A stretch of DNA of 64,000 bases from the IMG/VR virus record IMGVR_UViG_3300022753_000060; one strand, written 5' to 3'. A model generated the notes under the pieces. The model saw only the letters and a program-made list of their open reading frames with translations. It had not been told where the DNA came from and did not search any database. Shown here piece after piece: positions 18,262-28,732 of this stretch; position 1 is the first letter of the stretch; each line of letters begins with the position of its first letter. The position numbers were made by a program, and so were the translations under genes. Source of the DNA: a virus.

Positions 18262-18612
18262 ATGAGTGTAAAACATATAAAAGAATATTATGAACAAGTT
18301 TGCGATCAATATAATGAGATGATTCAAAATTTAAAAGACTTTGAAGAATACGCAAAAACAAATATTGTCAGCCCGGAGCAGATTGATAATATGAAAAAAT
18401 TAGTTGAACCAATTAAAACAAACTATATGACATTAAGTTATATAATATTTTTACTTAATACTCCTAATAAAAAAGAGAAGAAAGATAAATATATTAAACA
18501 ACATCAGAAACATTTAAAGAAGATAGGTGAAATTAAGTCAAAAGATGACATCTTAAATGAAGGAAAAGAAATATTAGAAAAAATGAATGAAGGAAGTAAT
18601 AATAATGGTTAG
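18262..18612 (+). CDS. hypothetical protein
   Basis: 116-aa ORF. Confidence 0.4.
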   Translation: MSVKHIKEYYEQVCDQYNEMIQNLKDFEEYAKTNIVSPEQIDNMKKLVEPIKTNYMTLSYIIFLLNTPNKKEKKDKYIKQHQKHLKKIGEIKSKDDILNEGKEILEKMNEGSNNNG

Positions 18613-18973
18613 AAAACAAAAAGAACTCAATAGCTTGAAAATAAAAGGTACGCAATTTGACAGAAGAAGTAAACTATCAAAAGAAGACAGGGAGCAAATT
18701 ATATATTTATGTAGTAACAAAAAAGAACTTGAAATCACTAATGAAGATATAGCAAAAGCTTTTAATATATCTAAATGTCATGTCTACAGATGCAGTTCAG
18801 AGGCAAGATATAAAGAGTACTTAGAGAGAAGTAAGCTAGATTCTAAAACATATCGAGCTTCATTATCTGATGAAGAATTGAAAGAAAAGAGAAGAAAGGG
18901 AGCAGAAAGCTGTTCAAACTACAAAAATGCTTTATTGGATATAATCGATAAATATTCTATCAAATCCTGCTAA
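18605..18973 (+). CDS. putative HTH DNA-binding protein
   Basis: ORF track starts 18587, but RBS gaaggaag precedes ATG at 18605; HTH-like ITNEDIAKAFNISKCHVYR. Confidence 0.35.
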   Translation: MVRKQKELNSLKIKGTQFDRRSKLSKEDREQIIYLCSNKKELEITNEDIAKAFNISKCHVYRCSSEARYKEYLERSKLDSKTYRASLSDEELKEKRRKGAESCSNYKNALLDIIDKYSIKSC

Positions 18974-18994
18974 ATTACAAAAGAGAGGTAGAAA

Positions 18995-19285
18995 ATGGAT
19001 ATAAAGGAATATTTACAATCTTTGGGAATAAATAATAAGTTGCAGCAAGGAGAAGATAATTCATATGTAGCGCTAATAATGAACTCTAATGAGTTCGGTA
19101 AAATATTCTCAAAATTAGAAAATGCAGATGATCTAGAGCCATTAGAAGATAATCAAGTAGTGACAGAACAAGGTAGCTCATTAGTATATGAATCTATATC
19201 AGAACCATATATGTTAAACCTAATAGCTGATTTTGATGCAGATGTCTATAGTTTAATAATAAATTATATTGGGGACAAGCATTAA
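18995..19285 (+). CDS. hypothetical acidic protein
   Basis: 96-aa ORF, RBS agagaggtag. Confidence 0.4.
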   Translation: MDIKEYLQSLGINNKLQQGEDNSYVALIMNSNEFGKIFSKLENADDLEPLEDNQVVTEQGSSLVYESISEPYMLNLIADFDADVYSLIINYIGDKH

Positions 19286-20025
19286 TGTATATCTATAAAA
19301 TAACCAACAACTCAAATGGGAAAGTATACATTGGGAAGACAACTAAAAGTGTTGAGACCAGATATAACCAACACTTAAAAGCATCTGAAATATATGCTCA
19401 AGAACATAGAAATCTATCATTACTTTATGAGGCAATTAATAAATATGGTAAGTGTAATTTCGGTGTCGAGACAATTGACACTGCCTCTACTATAGAAGAG
19501 TTAAATAAGAAAGAGATTTATTGAATAAAGTTTTATAGAGACTCATTTGGCAAAGAGTTTTGTTACAATATGGCATCGGGTGGAGATGGTGGGGATACAA
19601 ACTCTGGCAAGACCCAATCAAAGGAATGGATAGCTAAACGCTTGGCTAGTAGAGAAACTTATGATGTATCAGATGAAACTCGTGAGAAACAAAGACTAGC
19701 ACATTTAAATCAAGTACCTTGGAATAAAGGCAAGAAAATGTCAGCAGAGTATTGTGAGAAATGTAGAGAACGGAGTAAAGGTAACACTAATCATTTAGGG
19801 CATAAAGCAACTGAATTACAGAGAAAGCGTATGAGTGACTCACATAAAGGTCAGATACCTTGGAATAAAGGTTTGAAGGGGTGTATTACCCAGTCAGAAG
19901 AAACAAAGAAAAAACGAGCAGATAAATTAAGAGGGACTATTGGTATTAATGATGGCACCAAAAATACTCGAGTACCTAAAGAATACTTAGACAAGTATTT
20001 AAATGCAGGATGGTCGATTGGTTGA
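19285..20025 (+). CDS. GIY-YIG homing endonuclease with NUMOD3-like repeats; contains in-frame TGA at 19522-19524 decoded as Trp
   Basis: ORFs 19285-19524 and 19570-20025 are in the same frame, split only by TGA. N-term YIYKITN..GKVYIGKT (GIY-YIG); around the TGA ..KKEIY[TGA]IKFYRDSFGKEFCYNMASGGDGG matches I-TevI ..ENFWIKEL..GYNI, so TGA falls on the conserved Trp. C-terminal half repeats QIPWNKGKK / QIPWNKGLK. Confidence 0.7.
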
Positions 20026-20552
20026 TTAAAGAAAAAATAGTATTTAATTCTAATCAAATAAAAGTTAAAGAGAGATTAGAAGAATCTTTAAGTAGCAGCA
20101 AACTAAATTTAAGTGAATACAATATAAAAGATATTTTGATAAATAACCCAGATTTATATAGAATATTATATGATGCTAGAATAGATAAGTATATGATAGG
20201 TAATTCATATGATATAATACATAGAGATTTAATAATAGATGCTTATAAGAAAGGTTATTATGAAAGTCAAAAAGATTTCATAGAAACTTTTGGCGCTATT
20301 GATAACTATATTGAAATAGGTTTAGATGGTTATTATAATAAAGAGTTAGTAAATGAAACCATTGAACCTTTTATGTATCCGTTAGTATTTATTCCAAAAG
20401 GTAAAGAAGAAGAGATAGACATAGAAGCTGCTGATGGTTATATAGAATTATTTGAATATGATTTTGGATATATCTTATCAAGAGAGAATGATTTTAGAGG
20501 AACAAGTTTGTATGATATATTAGTAGAACTAGTGTCAACTAAATACTTATAA
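20010..20552 (+). CDS. hypothetical protein
   Basis: 180-aa ORF. Confidence 0.45.
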   Translation: MVDWLIKEKIVFNSNQIKVKERLEESLSSSKLNLSEYNIKDILINNPDLYRILYDARIDKYMIGNSYDIIHRDLIIDAYKKGYYESQKDFIETFGAIDNYIEIGLDGYYNKELVNETIEPFMYPLVFIPKGKEEEIDIEAADGYIELFEYDFGYILSRENDFRGTSLYDILVELVSTKYL

Positions 20553-20583
20553 ACTGTATAATATATTAAGGAGATAAGAAAAG

Positions 20584-21303
20584 ATGATTAGTAATGATAA
20601 AAATTATATTAAAGAAATCGTAACAGATTTAGAAAAGCTTTCTAACAGATGTGATGAGGTAGATGTTAGAAAGAACAATGAAGCAGTTAGAGAAACAGTT
20701 GTTGAATTAAAACAAACTTTAAGAGAAAGTAAAAATGGTGTAGGATTAGCTGCTCCACAAATTGGTAAAAAAGAAAGAATATTTGTAATCAATTTTAATG
20801 GGGATATTAGAGCATTTATCAACCCAATTATAACTCAAACAAAAGGTATGAGTATTAATAGAGAGGGATGTTTAAGTTTACCAGGTAAAGAATATTTAGT
20901 GCCAAGATACAATCAAATTGAAGTTATGTACCAAACTGCATTAGGTAAACCAGAGTCAAGAAGAATGGTTGGTATGGCTGCTTATGTATTCCAACATGAA
21001 TTAGATCATTTAGAAGGCATCACACTTGCTGATATTGGTCTTGAAGTTGGAGAAGATTTTGATAATGCTACTGATGAAGAAAGACAGCAAATTGTTGAGA
21101 TGTATTTAGAATCTTTAGATTTGAAAAGAAAAGAATTACAAAAAGAAATTGAAGAGGACCCAGAGTTAAAACAAACTGCAGATGCAATTGATTTTATGAC
21201 TAAAGTACAAAAAGGTGAAGTTCAAGTAGAAGTAAATCAAGTAGATAATGAAACTCATGGACAAATTGCTGATAAAGTAGCTGAAGGGTTAAAAGAAGAA
21301 TAA
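20584..21303 (+). CDS. def: peptide deformylase with acidic C-terminal extension
   Basis: Motifs GVGLAAPQIG (motif 1), EGCLSLPG (motif 2), QHELDHLEG (HExxH); 239 aa. Confidence 0.85.
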   Translation: MISNDKNYIKEIVTDLEKLSNRCDEVDVRKNNEAVRETVVELKQTLRESKNGVGLAAPQIGKKERIFVINFNGDIRAFINPIITQTKGMSINREGCLSLPGKEYLVPRYNQIEVMYQTALGKPESRRMVGMAAYVFQHELDHLEGITLADIGLEVGEDFDNATDEERQQIVEMYLESLDLKRKELQKEIEEDPELKQTADAIDFMTKVQKGEVQVEVNQVDNETHGQIADKVAEGLKEE

Positions 21304-21836
21304 TGCAGTATTTTATTAGTGATACACATTTCTTCCATGAAAATGTAATTAGAATTTGTAATAGACCTTTTATAGATTTAGAAAGAATGCATGCGGTTCT
21401 AATACATAATTGGAATAAAAAAGTAAAACCTGAAGATGAGATTTATATATTAGGTGATTTATCTTACAAATGTCCAAATGGTGGTTATCAGCAGTTATTT
21501 ACTTTAATTAAAAACTTAAATGGTAAGAAACATTTAATAATAGGCAATCATGATAGTAAATGGTTAAAAAGCTATAATAATCAATGTAAAGAAAAACTGT
21601 TTGAATCTATACAAATGTATAAAGATATCTATGATGACAAAAATAGAAGAATTATAATGTTCCACTATCCTATAGAAGATTGGGATGGAATGTATAGAGG
21701 TAGTTATCATTTATATGGACATGTGCATAATGCAGATAATGGGTATAAAGTTATTCCAAATAGATTTAATGTTGGCGCAGATGTAATAGATTTTGAACCT
21801 AAAACACTTGATGAATTGATAGAAATAAACAAATAA
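21303..21836 (+). CDS. metallophosphoesterase (YfcE-like)
   Basis: ISDTHF, LGDLSY, IGNHD, FHYP, GHVH motifs. Confidence 0.6.
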   Translation: MQYFISDTHFFHENVIRICNRPFIDLERMHAVLIHNWNKKVKPEDEIYILGDLSYKCPNGGYQQLFTLIKNLNGKKHLIIGNHDSKWLKSYNNQCKEKLFESIQMYKDIYDDKNRRIIMFHYPIEDWDGMYRGSYHLYGHVHNADNGYKVIPNRFNVGADVIDFEPKTLDELIEINK

Positions 21837-21910
21837 AATTGAAGTTTTAAATACTTCAATTTTTTATTTAACTGCTAAATTTATTAGATGATAAATCAAG
21901 GAGACTTTAA

Positions 21911-23158
21911 ATGAATAATAGAATAAGATTAGCAAGAGGGACTTCAGATAAAAGAAAAGCAAGTGACTTAGAAATAGTCCCAGGTCAATTATTTTTCGAG
22001 ACTGACACGAATTTATTATATTCAACTACCAACAATAAAAACACCCCTCTTAAAAATGCTACAAGTATTTATAATAAAAATTTTATAGTATCTCTAGATA
22101 AACCTATACATCAAGATAATTTTGATATGTGGGCTAGTTTTAATTCTATAATAGATTCTTTTATAGGGGATTGGATTGGAGAAACAGTTGTATCTTCTAC
22201 TAGAACAGATTTTATTAAATTTAAATATAACAACGCAGGTCAAGTATATTTCAATATAAGTTGGAATGGATATTATGGTCATACTATTTTAGTAGATGAT
22301 TCAAATCCTCCAATTTATTTTAAAACAGAAACTAATAAGTTGATATTTCATTTTAAATTTACTCACCCACAGACTACCCTTACATATTATGGTAGATTAA
22401 CTTTAAGTTCTGTTTCAGATAATGAGTCAATAAATGCCTTATACGAATATGATAACCCAATAAATGGTTGGGAATCTATACTTAATTTAAATTTACTTAA
22501 ACAAGAAGAAGATATAGAAGGCGATTTTGCGAATTTAGATTATTCTAAACCAGTTGCATTAATGTATAAATACAATGAGGACTATGTAAATTATGTGCCA
22601 GAATTGGCAACTAATGTTGTAAATGCAATAAGGAATAATGATGGAGAAAACAAAAGCTTAACTCTAAATAAAAATATATTGAATATAAATAATGCACCTT
22701 TAACTAACTATGATTATGACACAACAAACATACCTTATACAACATTATTATACACATTAGATTCTAGAGATGGTAATTATACCCCAGCAACTTTTTCTGA
22801 TAATTTATACATAAAATTAGGTCAGTATGAGAGTCTTAATATTGAATTGATGATTAGAAGTACTTATACTTCTAATGGTGAATCTTTTACTTCCACGCAT
22901 AAATTATCTTTTGATAATATAAATACTAGCACCTTTAGTTCAAGTTCTGTTTTAATACATAGTTACAATGAGGGAAATCAACTTATATCCTATATATTTA
23001 CATGTAGATTATATGATTATGATTCAGCAACTGGCACTTATAGAATTGATTTTGGTCATGATGCTGGAACATTGATTTGGAAAAATACAAGTGCTTCATC
23101 AGACTACACAAATACAATTTCGATAGATTCAAGCTCAGTTAAAAGAGTATTTAAATAA
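21911..23158 (+). CDS. hypothetical protein (N/Y/T/S-rich; possibly structural)
   Basis: 415-aa ORF, RBS caaggagac. Confidence 0.45.
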   Translation: MNNRIRLARGTSDKRKASDLEIVPGQLFFETDTNLLYSTTNNKNTPLKNATSIYNKNFIVSLDKPIHQDNFDMWASFNSIIDSFIGDWIGETVVSSTRTDFIKFKYNNAGQVYFNISWNGYYGHTILVDDSNPPIYFKTETNKLIFHFKFTHPQTTLTYYGRLTLSSVSDNESINALYEYDNPINGWESILNLNLLKQEEDIEGDFANLDYSKPVALMYKYNEDYVNYVPELATNVVNAIRNNDGENKSLTLNKNILNINNAPLTNYDYDTTNIPYTTLLYTLDSRDGNYTPATFSDNLYIKLGQYESLNIELMIRSTYTSNGESFTSTHKLSFDNINTSTFSSSSVLIHSYNEGNQLISYIFTCRLYDYDSATGTYRIDFGHDAGTLIWKNTSASSDYTNTISIDSSSVKRVFK

Positions 23159-23745
23159 TGAACAAGATACAATTAAATGGAATAATAAAAAATATAGAAT
23201 ATTCTCATTATATACAAGATATAGAATTTTATAAAGCTAATCTAATAACTAGAAGAGAAAATGGAAAAGAAGATATTATAAATTTAAAATTTAAAAAGTT
23301 TTCAAACCCATATAAAGAAAATCAAGAAATATCTATTCTAGGTAATATTAGAACTTTTAATAGACAAGAAGAAGATAGAAATAAAGTAGAATTATTTGTA
23401 TTTACTTATTTTGATGAAGCAGAAGAAAGTCCTAATAATCTCGCATACATAGATGGTAGAATATGTAAAAAGAATAATTTAAGAAAAACATCATCTGGAA
23501 AAGATGTTTTAGATTTTATATTAGCAAACAATATAGAAAATAATGGGCAAGTATTAAATGTATATTTACCTTGTGTTGCATGAGGGAAGTGTGCTAAGGC
23601 ATTAAATAAATTAAATGTTGGGGACAAGATTTTAATTCAAGGTCAATTACAATCGAGAGAGTATAAAAAGAGATTAACAGAAACTGATTATGAGATACGA
23701 GTTTGTCATGAACTGAGTGTAAATACTTTTGAAACTTTACAGTAA
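23158..23745 (+). CDS. ssb: single-stranded DNA-binding protein (OB fold) with in-frame TGA at 23581-23583 decoded as Trp
   Basis: ORF 23158-23583 ends at TGA; the same frame continues 54 codons to TAA 23743-23745. Junction ..YLPCVA[TGA]GKCAKALNKLNVGDKILIQGQLQSREYKK..TDYEIRVCHEL matches SSB core (B. subtilis ..CVTWRRQAEN..KGS...GRLQTR..), so TGA falls on the conserved Trp. Confidence 0.7.
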
Positions 23746-23851
23746 AAAGTTTACATAGGAGTTTACTATATTCTTTTTATTCTAAAAGGATTAATAAAAT
23801 AAATATACTACTAAGTTTACATTAATAGTAAACTATTAAGGATAATTTAAG

Positions 23852-24226
23852 ATGGAATTTAAATATTATTATGTACAAACATATTCAGATACACTAAATA
23901 TAGAAAATTTGGGTAATTGTTTTATAGAGGCGTTCAGTGATAAAGGTGTTAAAGTATATTTATGGATAAGAACAGAATTAGGCTTTTCTAAAATACTTGA
24001 AGCTGGCCCTTATATAGATGATGGGAATATACCTTGCAAAGTTTGTGATATATCATTCTTTCAAACAGAGTTCTCCGAATCAAAGATAATAAAGAGAATT
24101 CAGAGTTTTTTGAATATGCCAAGGTATGCTATAACTCAAGCATTTGATAAACAAGAAGAATATTCGGAAGAAGAGAAATTTCAAAAACTGTATAATATTA
24201 TAAATTATATGGAGAAAGAAAACTAA
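23852..24226 (+). CDS. hypothetical protein
   Basis: 124-aa ORF. Confidence 0.45.
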   Translation: MEFKYYYVQTYSDTLNIENLGNCFIEAFSDKGVKVYLWIRTELGFSKILEAGPYIDDGNIPCKVCDISFFQTEFSESKIIKRIQSFLNMPRYAITQAFDKQEEYSEEEKFQKLYNIINYMEKEN

Positions 24227-24429
24227 TGCAAGAAGAAATAATAAGAGATTTTTATGGTAAAATTATAGGTTATATTCAAACTGATGATAAAGGAAATAAA
24301 GTCATAAGAGATTTTTATCGTAGGATACTTGGTAGATATGATAAAGCATCTAATGTTACAAGGGATTTTTATGGTAGGATAATTGCTAGAGGGGATCAAG
24401 CTTCTGGCCTATTGTATAGAGGAAAATAA
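24226..24429 (+). CDS. small protein with three tandem RDFYG(K/R)II repeats
   Basis: IRDFYGKIIGYIQTDDKGNKV / IRDFYRRILGRYDKASNVT / RDFYGRIIARGDQASG. Confidence 0.4.
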   Translation: MQEEIIRDFYGKIIGYIQTDDKGNKVIRDFYRRILGRYDKASNVTRDFYGRIIARGDQASGLLYRGK

Positions 24430-24920
24430 TGAGATTTTTAAGAGAAAATTCAAACATAGCTTTATATCAAGAAATTTTAAATTTATTTGATAATCAAATA
24501 AGCTTTGGTTATTTTGGTGGGGCTGCTTATATACTGAAGGATGGTGAATATTTAAATATAGAGGAAGGATCTCACATGTGAGTAGATGATTTTCTTTATG
24601 ATAATAATTTAATAGAGACTTCACCATTCGAACTAGACAAACTTATTCTTATAGACGATTTTAATTGCATAAGAGTAAATGATGGAGTATTAACAGATTC
24701 AGATCCTTACATAGAATTACCTACGAAATTACCTACTTATTCTCAACTAGATACGTTAGAAAATTGGCTGACTAAATATCCTATTATATGAATAGGTATT
24801 AGAGGAGATAGAAAAGCTGGTAAGTATTTTAATACAAAAGATATTTTACCAGAAGATATTATAAAAAAGATAAAAAGATATTATAGTTCTGGTATATTAT
24901 ACGAGAATTATAAGATATAA
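24429..24920 (+). CDS. hypothetical protein with two in-frame TGA codons (24579-24581, 24789-24791)
   Basis: ATG overlaps upstream TAA; 163 sense codons to TAA 24918-24920 with no TAA/TAG; ..EGSHM[TGA]VDDFLYD.. and ..KYPII[TGA]IGIRGD... Absent from standard-code ORF track. Confidence 0.5.
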
Positions 24921-25014
24921 ATTCAAAGAAAAGGAGATATAGTAGTTCTTATGAACATTTAAAACGTTTATAAGAACTATTTTATTCACTGTATAAATCA
25001 TAAGGAGGATATCA

Positions 25015-28000
25015 ATGCAAATTATAAAACGAGATGGATCAAAGCAAAAATTTGATGAGTATAAAATATGGAAAGCAATATTAGGTTGTTTTGAAGATTG
25101 TTGTCCTAAAGGTGAGTATGTTAATGATGGTGTGATAACAGAATTAACAAATAAAGTAACACAACAATTAGATAAAAGAAAAAATTATACTGTAGAACAA
25201 ATTCAAGATATTGTAGAACTAACTTTGATGGAAGCTAATAAATATGAACAAGCAAAAGCATACATAGAATATAGACAATTACATAAACTAGCTAGAAATA
25301 GTTATACTGAACTAATGAATAAAGTTAAAGCTAAACTAGAAGCAAAGAATGTAGAAAATTCAAATGCAAACCTAGATGAAAATACTTTCAGTGGAAGAGA
25401 GAAAGAAGCATTTGGAACTATATTAAAAGAATATGCACTTAATAATTTAGTATCAGAAACTACTAGAAATAATCATATTAATAATGAAATTTATATACAT
25501 GATTTAGATGCTTATGCAAGTGGTATGCATAATTGTTTATCAATTCCTTTAGATGATTTATTAGCAAAAGGATTTAAAGTTAAACAGACAGATATAAGAC
25601 CTGCTGGAACAGTAAATACAGCGATGCAATTGTCAGCTGTTATAATGCAATTACAAAGTTTATGTCAATTTGGTGGTGTATCATATACTCACTTTGATTG
25701 GTCAATGGTCCCTTATGTAAGAAAGAGTTTTTATAAACATTATAAAGAAGGATTATATTGGTTCGGTAATGAAAAGTATTTAGAAGGAATTACAAAAGAA
25801 ACTTCTATAATTGACGAAAAATATAAACTAAATCAAGATGCTTATGAATATGCTATGAGACAAACTGAAAAAGAAACACATCAAGCAGTTGAAGCATTAT
25901 ATCACAATTTAAATTCATTACAATCAAGAAGTGGACAACAACTACCATTTAGCTCTATAAATTATGGAACTTGCACTTTACCAGAAGGTAGAATGATAAC
26001 AGAAGAATTGTTAAATGTATCTATTGAAGGTTTAGGAAAATATCATAGAACAAGTATATTCCCTTGTGGTATATTCCAGTGCATGAAAGGTGTTAACAGA
26101 AAACCGGGCGATCCAAATTATGACTTATTTAAGTTAGCATTAAAATCAACTTCAAAGAGATTGTATCCAAATTATGCCTCAGTTGATTGGAGTGGTAATG
26201 CAGGTTACGATGTAAATGATCCAAAAACATATTTTAGTACAATGGGTGCTTTGAGTGGTCATGAACATCTAACAGTTAAAATAGGAAATGAAGAACCTAT
26301 TGACTTATCTATCAGAGACTTATTTGATTATTGTAAAACAGATGATTTACAAAATTATAAGAAAACACAGATTTGGTATAACAGAGAAAAATTAAATGAA
26401 GAGCCTTTAGGTAGACATTATCAAGAAAAATCTGGATTACCTAATCTACCAGGTGTTTATTCAATAACTTATTTACCAGAAGATGTCACATATATTGGAA
26501 GTTCAAGTTCTATTTCTAGAAGATGCGCTGAGCATAAATGTGCTATAGGCAAAACAGGTGGGATTGATGCAGGAATAAATTTTGGGGATATTGATACAGC
26601 TAATTATGAATTTAAAGTATTAGAAATAACTGAAGATTATAAAGAAGCTGAAAACCTTTATATTCAAAAGAATGCAAATATAAATCCTAGAGGAACAGAT
26701 AAGAAATATTATAAGTTAATTACTCAAAAATCTAGGCATAGAGTATATGATAGACCTGTATTTAAAGTTGATTTGAGTAAAAAACAAGAATTGATTGATT
26801 TATCTGAATTTGATATTAAAGTATTAGATAGAGATAATAAATGGGTAAAGATCAAACATATCTTTAAAAATGATAAATTAAATACTCCGTATATGATGCA
26901 TATCTATTACAAAGAATACGATAAAGAATATTGTTTGTCTTGTACTGAAGATCACCCTCTATGGACAGGAGATAAATTTACAAGAGCAGATCAATTAAAA
27001 ATAGGTGATAAACTTTATAGAGCTGATAATTTAGAGTTAGAAATAACTGATATATGTTGGCATTGGGAAGCAGTTGATAGCTACGATATAGGTACTGAAA
27101 CTGGTTCATTTATAGGTTCAGATATTATAATGCATAACTGTAGAACTGCAAATGGTTGGGATATTAATGGTTTAAAACAACAAAAAGATGGTAGAGGAAA
27201 TATTGCACCTACTACTATTATATTACCAACAATAGCAATGAAATCTAAAGAATGTACAAGAGCTTCAGAAGAATCAGATATAGATGTATTTATGAGATTA
27301 CTTGAATGTAAAATAAATGAAGCAAAAGACTCTTTGATAGAAAGATTTGAGCATATCTGTAGCCAATCACCTAAATCAGCCCCATTTATGTATGAAAATA
27401 ACACAATGGCTGGTTATATTCCAGAAGAAGGAATTAGGAGTGCTTTAAAACATGGAACATTAGTTATAGGTCAATTAGGTCTTGCTGAATGTTTACAAAT
27501 ATTAATTGGAAAAGACCATACTACAAAAGAAGGTATGGAACTTGCTAAAAAGATAGAACAATTATTTAAAGATAAATGTGCTTATTTTAAAGAACAATAT
27601 AAATTAAATTTTGGTGTTTATTATACTCCTGCAGAATCTTTATGTAAAACTGCTATGACTAAATTTAAAGAAAAATATGGTATTATTCCAAATATATCTG
27701 ATAGAAAATATTTTACTAATTCAATGCATGTTCCAGTATACCATAACATAAATGCTTTTGATAAAATAGATATTGAAAGTCAATTAACAGGTTATTCTTC
27801 AGCTGGGTGTATTACTTATGTAGAATTAGATTCATCTTCAATTCATAATATAGAAGCTATTGAAAAATTAGTTAATTATGCTATGGATAAAGATATACCT
27901 TACTTTGCTATAAACGTACCAAATGATGTTTGTATGGACTGCGGACATCAAGAAGAAATGAATGATAAATGTCCAGAATGTGGTTCAGATAATATTGAAA

Positions 28001-28110
28001 GATTAAGAAGAGTTACAGGATATGTTTCTACAGATTATCATAATTTTAATGAAGGTAAGATAGCGGAAGTAGAAGATAGAGTCAAACACACAGGAGTTCC
28101 TATTGAATAA
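25015..28110 (+). CDS. nrdD: anaerobic ribonucleoside-triphosphate reductase (class III) with an in-frame intein-like insertion carrying a GIY-YIG domain
   Basis: N-terminal ATP-cone (IIKRDGSKQKFDEYKI); C-terminal Zn ribbon CMDCGH...CPECGS and glycyl-radical motif RRVTGYVS; RBS aaggagga. Confidence 0.85.
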   Translation: MQIIKRDGSKQKFDEYKIWKAILGCFEDCCPKGEYVNDGVITELTNKVTQQLDKRKNYTVEQIQDIVELTLMEANKYEQAKAYIEYRQLHKLARNSYTELMNKVKAKLEAKNVENSNANLDENTFSGREKEAFGTILKEYALNNLVSETTRNNHINNEIYIHDLDAYASGMHNCLSIPLDDLLAKGFKVKQTDIRPAGTVNTAMQLSAVIMQLQSLCQFGGVSYTHFDWSMVPYVRKSFYKHYKEGLYWFGNEKYLEGITKETSIIDEKYKLNQDAYEYAMRQTEKETHQAVEALYHNLNSLQSRSGQQLPFSSINYGTCTLPEGRMITEELLNVSIEGLGKYHRTSIFPCGIFQCMKGVNRKPGDPNYDLFKLALKSTSKRLYPNYASVDWSGNAGYDVNDPKTYFSTMGALSGHEHLTVKIGNEEPIDLSIRDLFDYCKTDDLQNYKKTQIWYNREKLNEEPLGRHYQEKSGLPNLPGVYSITYLPEDVTYIGSSSSISRRCAEHKCAIGKTGGIDAGINFGDIDTANYEFKVLEITEDYKEAENLYIQKNANINPRGTDKKYYKLITQKSRHRVYDRPVFKVDLSKKQELIDLSEFDIKVLDRDNKWVKIKHIFKNDKLNTPYMMHIYYKEYDKEYCLSCTEDHPLWTGDKFTRADQLKIGDKLYRADNLELEITDICWHWEAVDSYDIGTETGSFIGSDIIMHNCRTANGWDINGLKQQKDGRGNIAPTTIILPTIAMKSKECTRASEESDIDVFMRLLECKINEAKDSLIERFEHICSQSPKSAPFMYENNTMAGYIPEEGIRSALKHGTLVIGQLGLAECLQILIGKDHTTKEGMELAKKIEQLFKDKCAYFKEQYKLNFGVYYTPAESLCKTAMTKFKEKYGIIPNISDRKYFTNSMHVPVYHNINAFDKIDIESQLTGYSSAGCITYVELDSSSIHNIEAIEKLVNYAMDKDIPYFAINVPNDVCMDCGHQEEMNDKCPECGSDNIERLRRVTGYVSTDYHNFNEGKIAEVEDRVKHTGVPIE
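26248..27138 (+). other. intein-like (Hint) element within nrdD, class-2-like (Ala1, +1 Cys), carrying GIY-YIG endonuclease domain
   Basis: Starts ALSGHEHLTVKIGNEEPIDLSIRDLF (block A-like, Ala replacing Cys1). Contains GVYSITYLPEDVTYIGSS...RRCAEH (GIY-YIG). Ends ..GSDIIMHN followed by extein Cys (MG|...|CRTANGW). Confidence 0.55.
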
Positions 28111-28147
28111 AATATTAAATTGATTTATTAAATCAATCTTAGCAGGA

Positions 28148-28732
28148 ATGTTTATAGGGATAGGCTGTTTAGCCTATCTATCATCTCCTGATAAAATAGT
28201 GGGTGCTTTCTTATTTACTGTAGGATTATTTGTTATACTTACTTTTAAATTAAATTTATTCACAGGTAAGATTTGTTATGTTATAGAAAAGAAAAATTAT
28301 TTAGAAGTAGTTATAACTTTACTTGGTAATTTTATAGGAACATTATTACTAGCTTTAATGTGTAGAGCTACACGGTTAATTAATCTAATAGAGTATGCAA
28401 ATGCAATATGTGAAATCAAATTAAGTGATTCCTATATAAGTTTATTTATACTCGGAATTTTATGTAACATATTAATTTATATAGCGGTAGAAGGATACAA
28501 TAAGTTCAAAGATATAAGAGGTATTTTATCTCTTTTCTTTGGAGTTATTATCTTTGTAGTTATAGGATTAGAACACTGTATTGCAGACATGTTTTACTTT
28601 AATTTTACTTTTATATATTCTTGAGAGGTATTATTAAGATTATTAATTATAGTTTTAGGAAACGGTATAGGTGGAATAAGTATAAGATATTTATTTAGGA
28701 GACGTAATGAAATTTTTAAAGGAAGAGATTAA
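28148..28732 (+). CDS. multi-pass membrane protein; in-frame TGA at 28622-28624 followed by 35 more sense codons (extra TM helix)
   Basis: ORF 28148-28624 ends TGA; same frame continues ..FIYS[TGA]EVLLRLLIIVLGNGIGGISIRYLFRRRNEIFKGRD to TAA 28730-28732. Confidence 0.45.

Noticed and set aside
19525-19569. Treating 19285-19524 and 19570-20025 as two genes or a frameshifted pseudogene
   Set aside because: Both parts are in the same frame, separated only by TGA, and the TGA aligns with the conserved Trp of GIY-YIG enzymes. Read as one recoded gene rather than a pseudogene.
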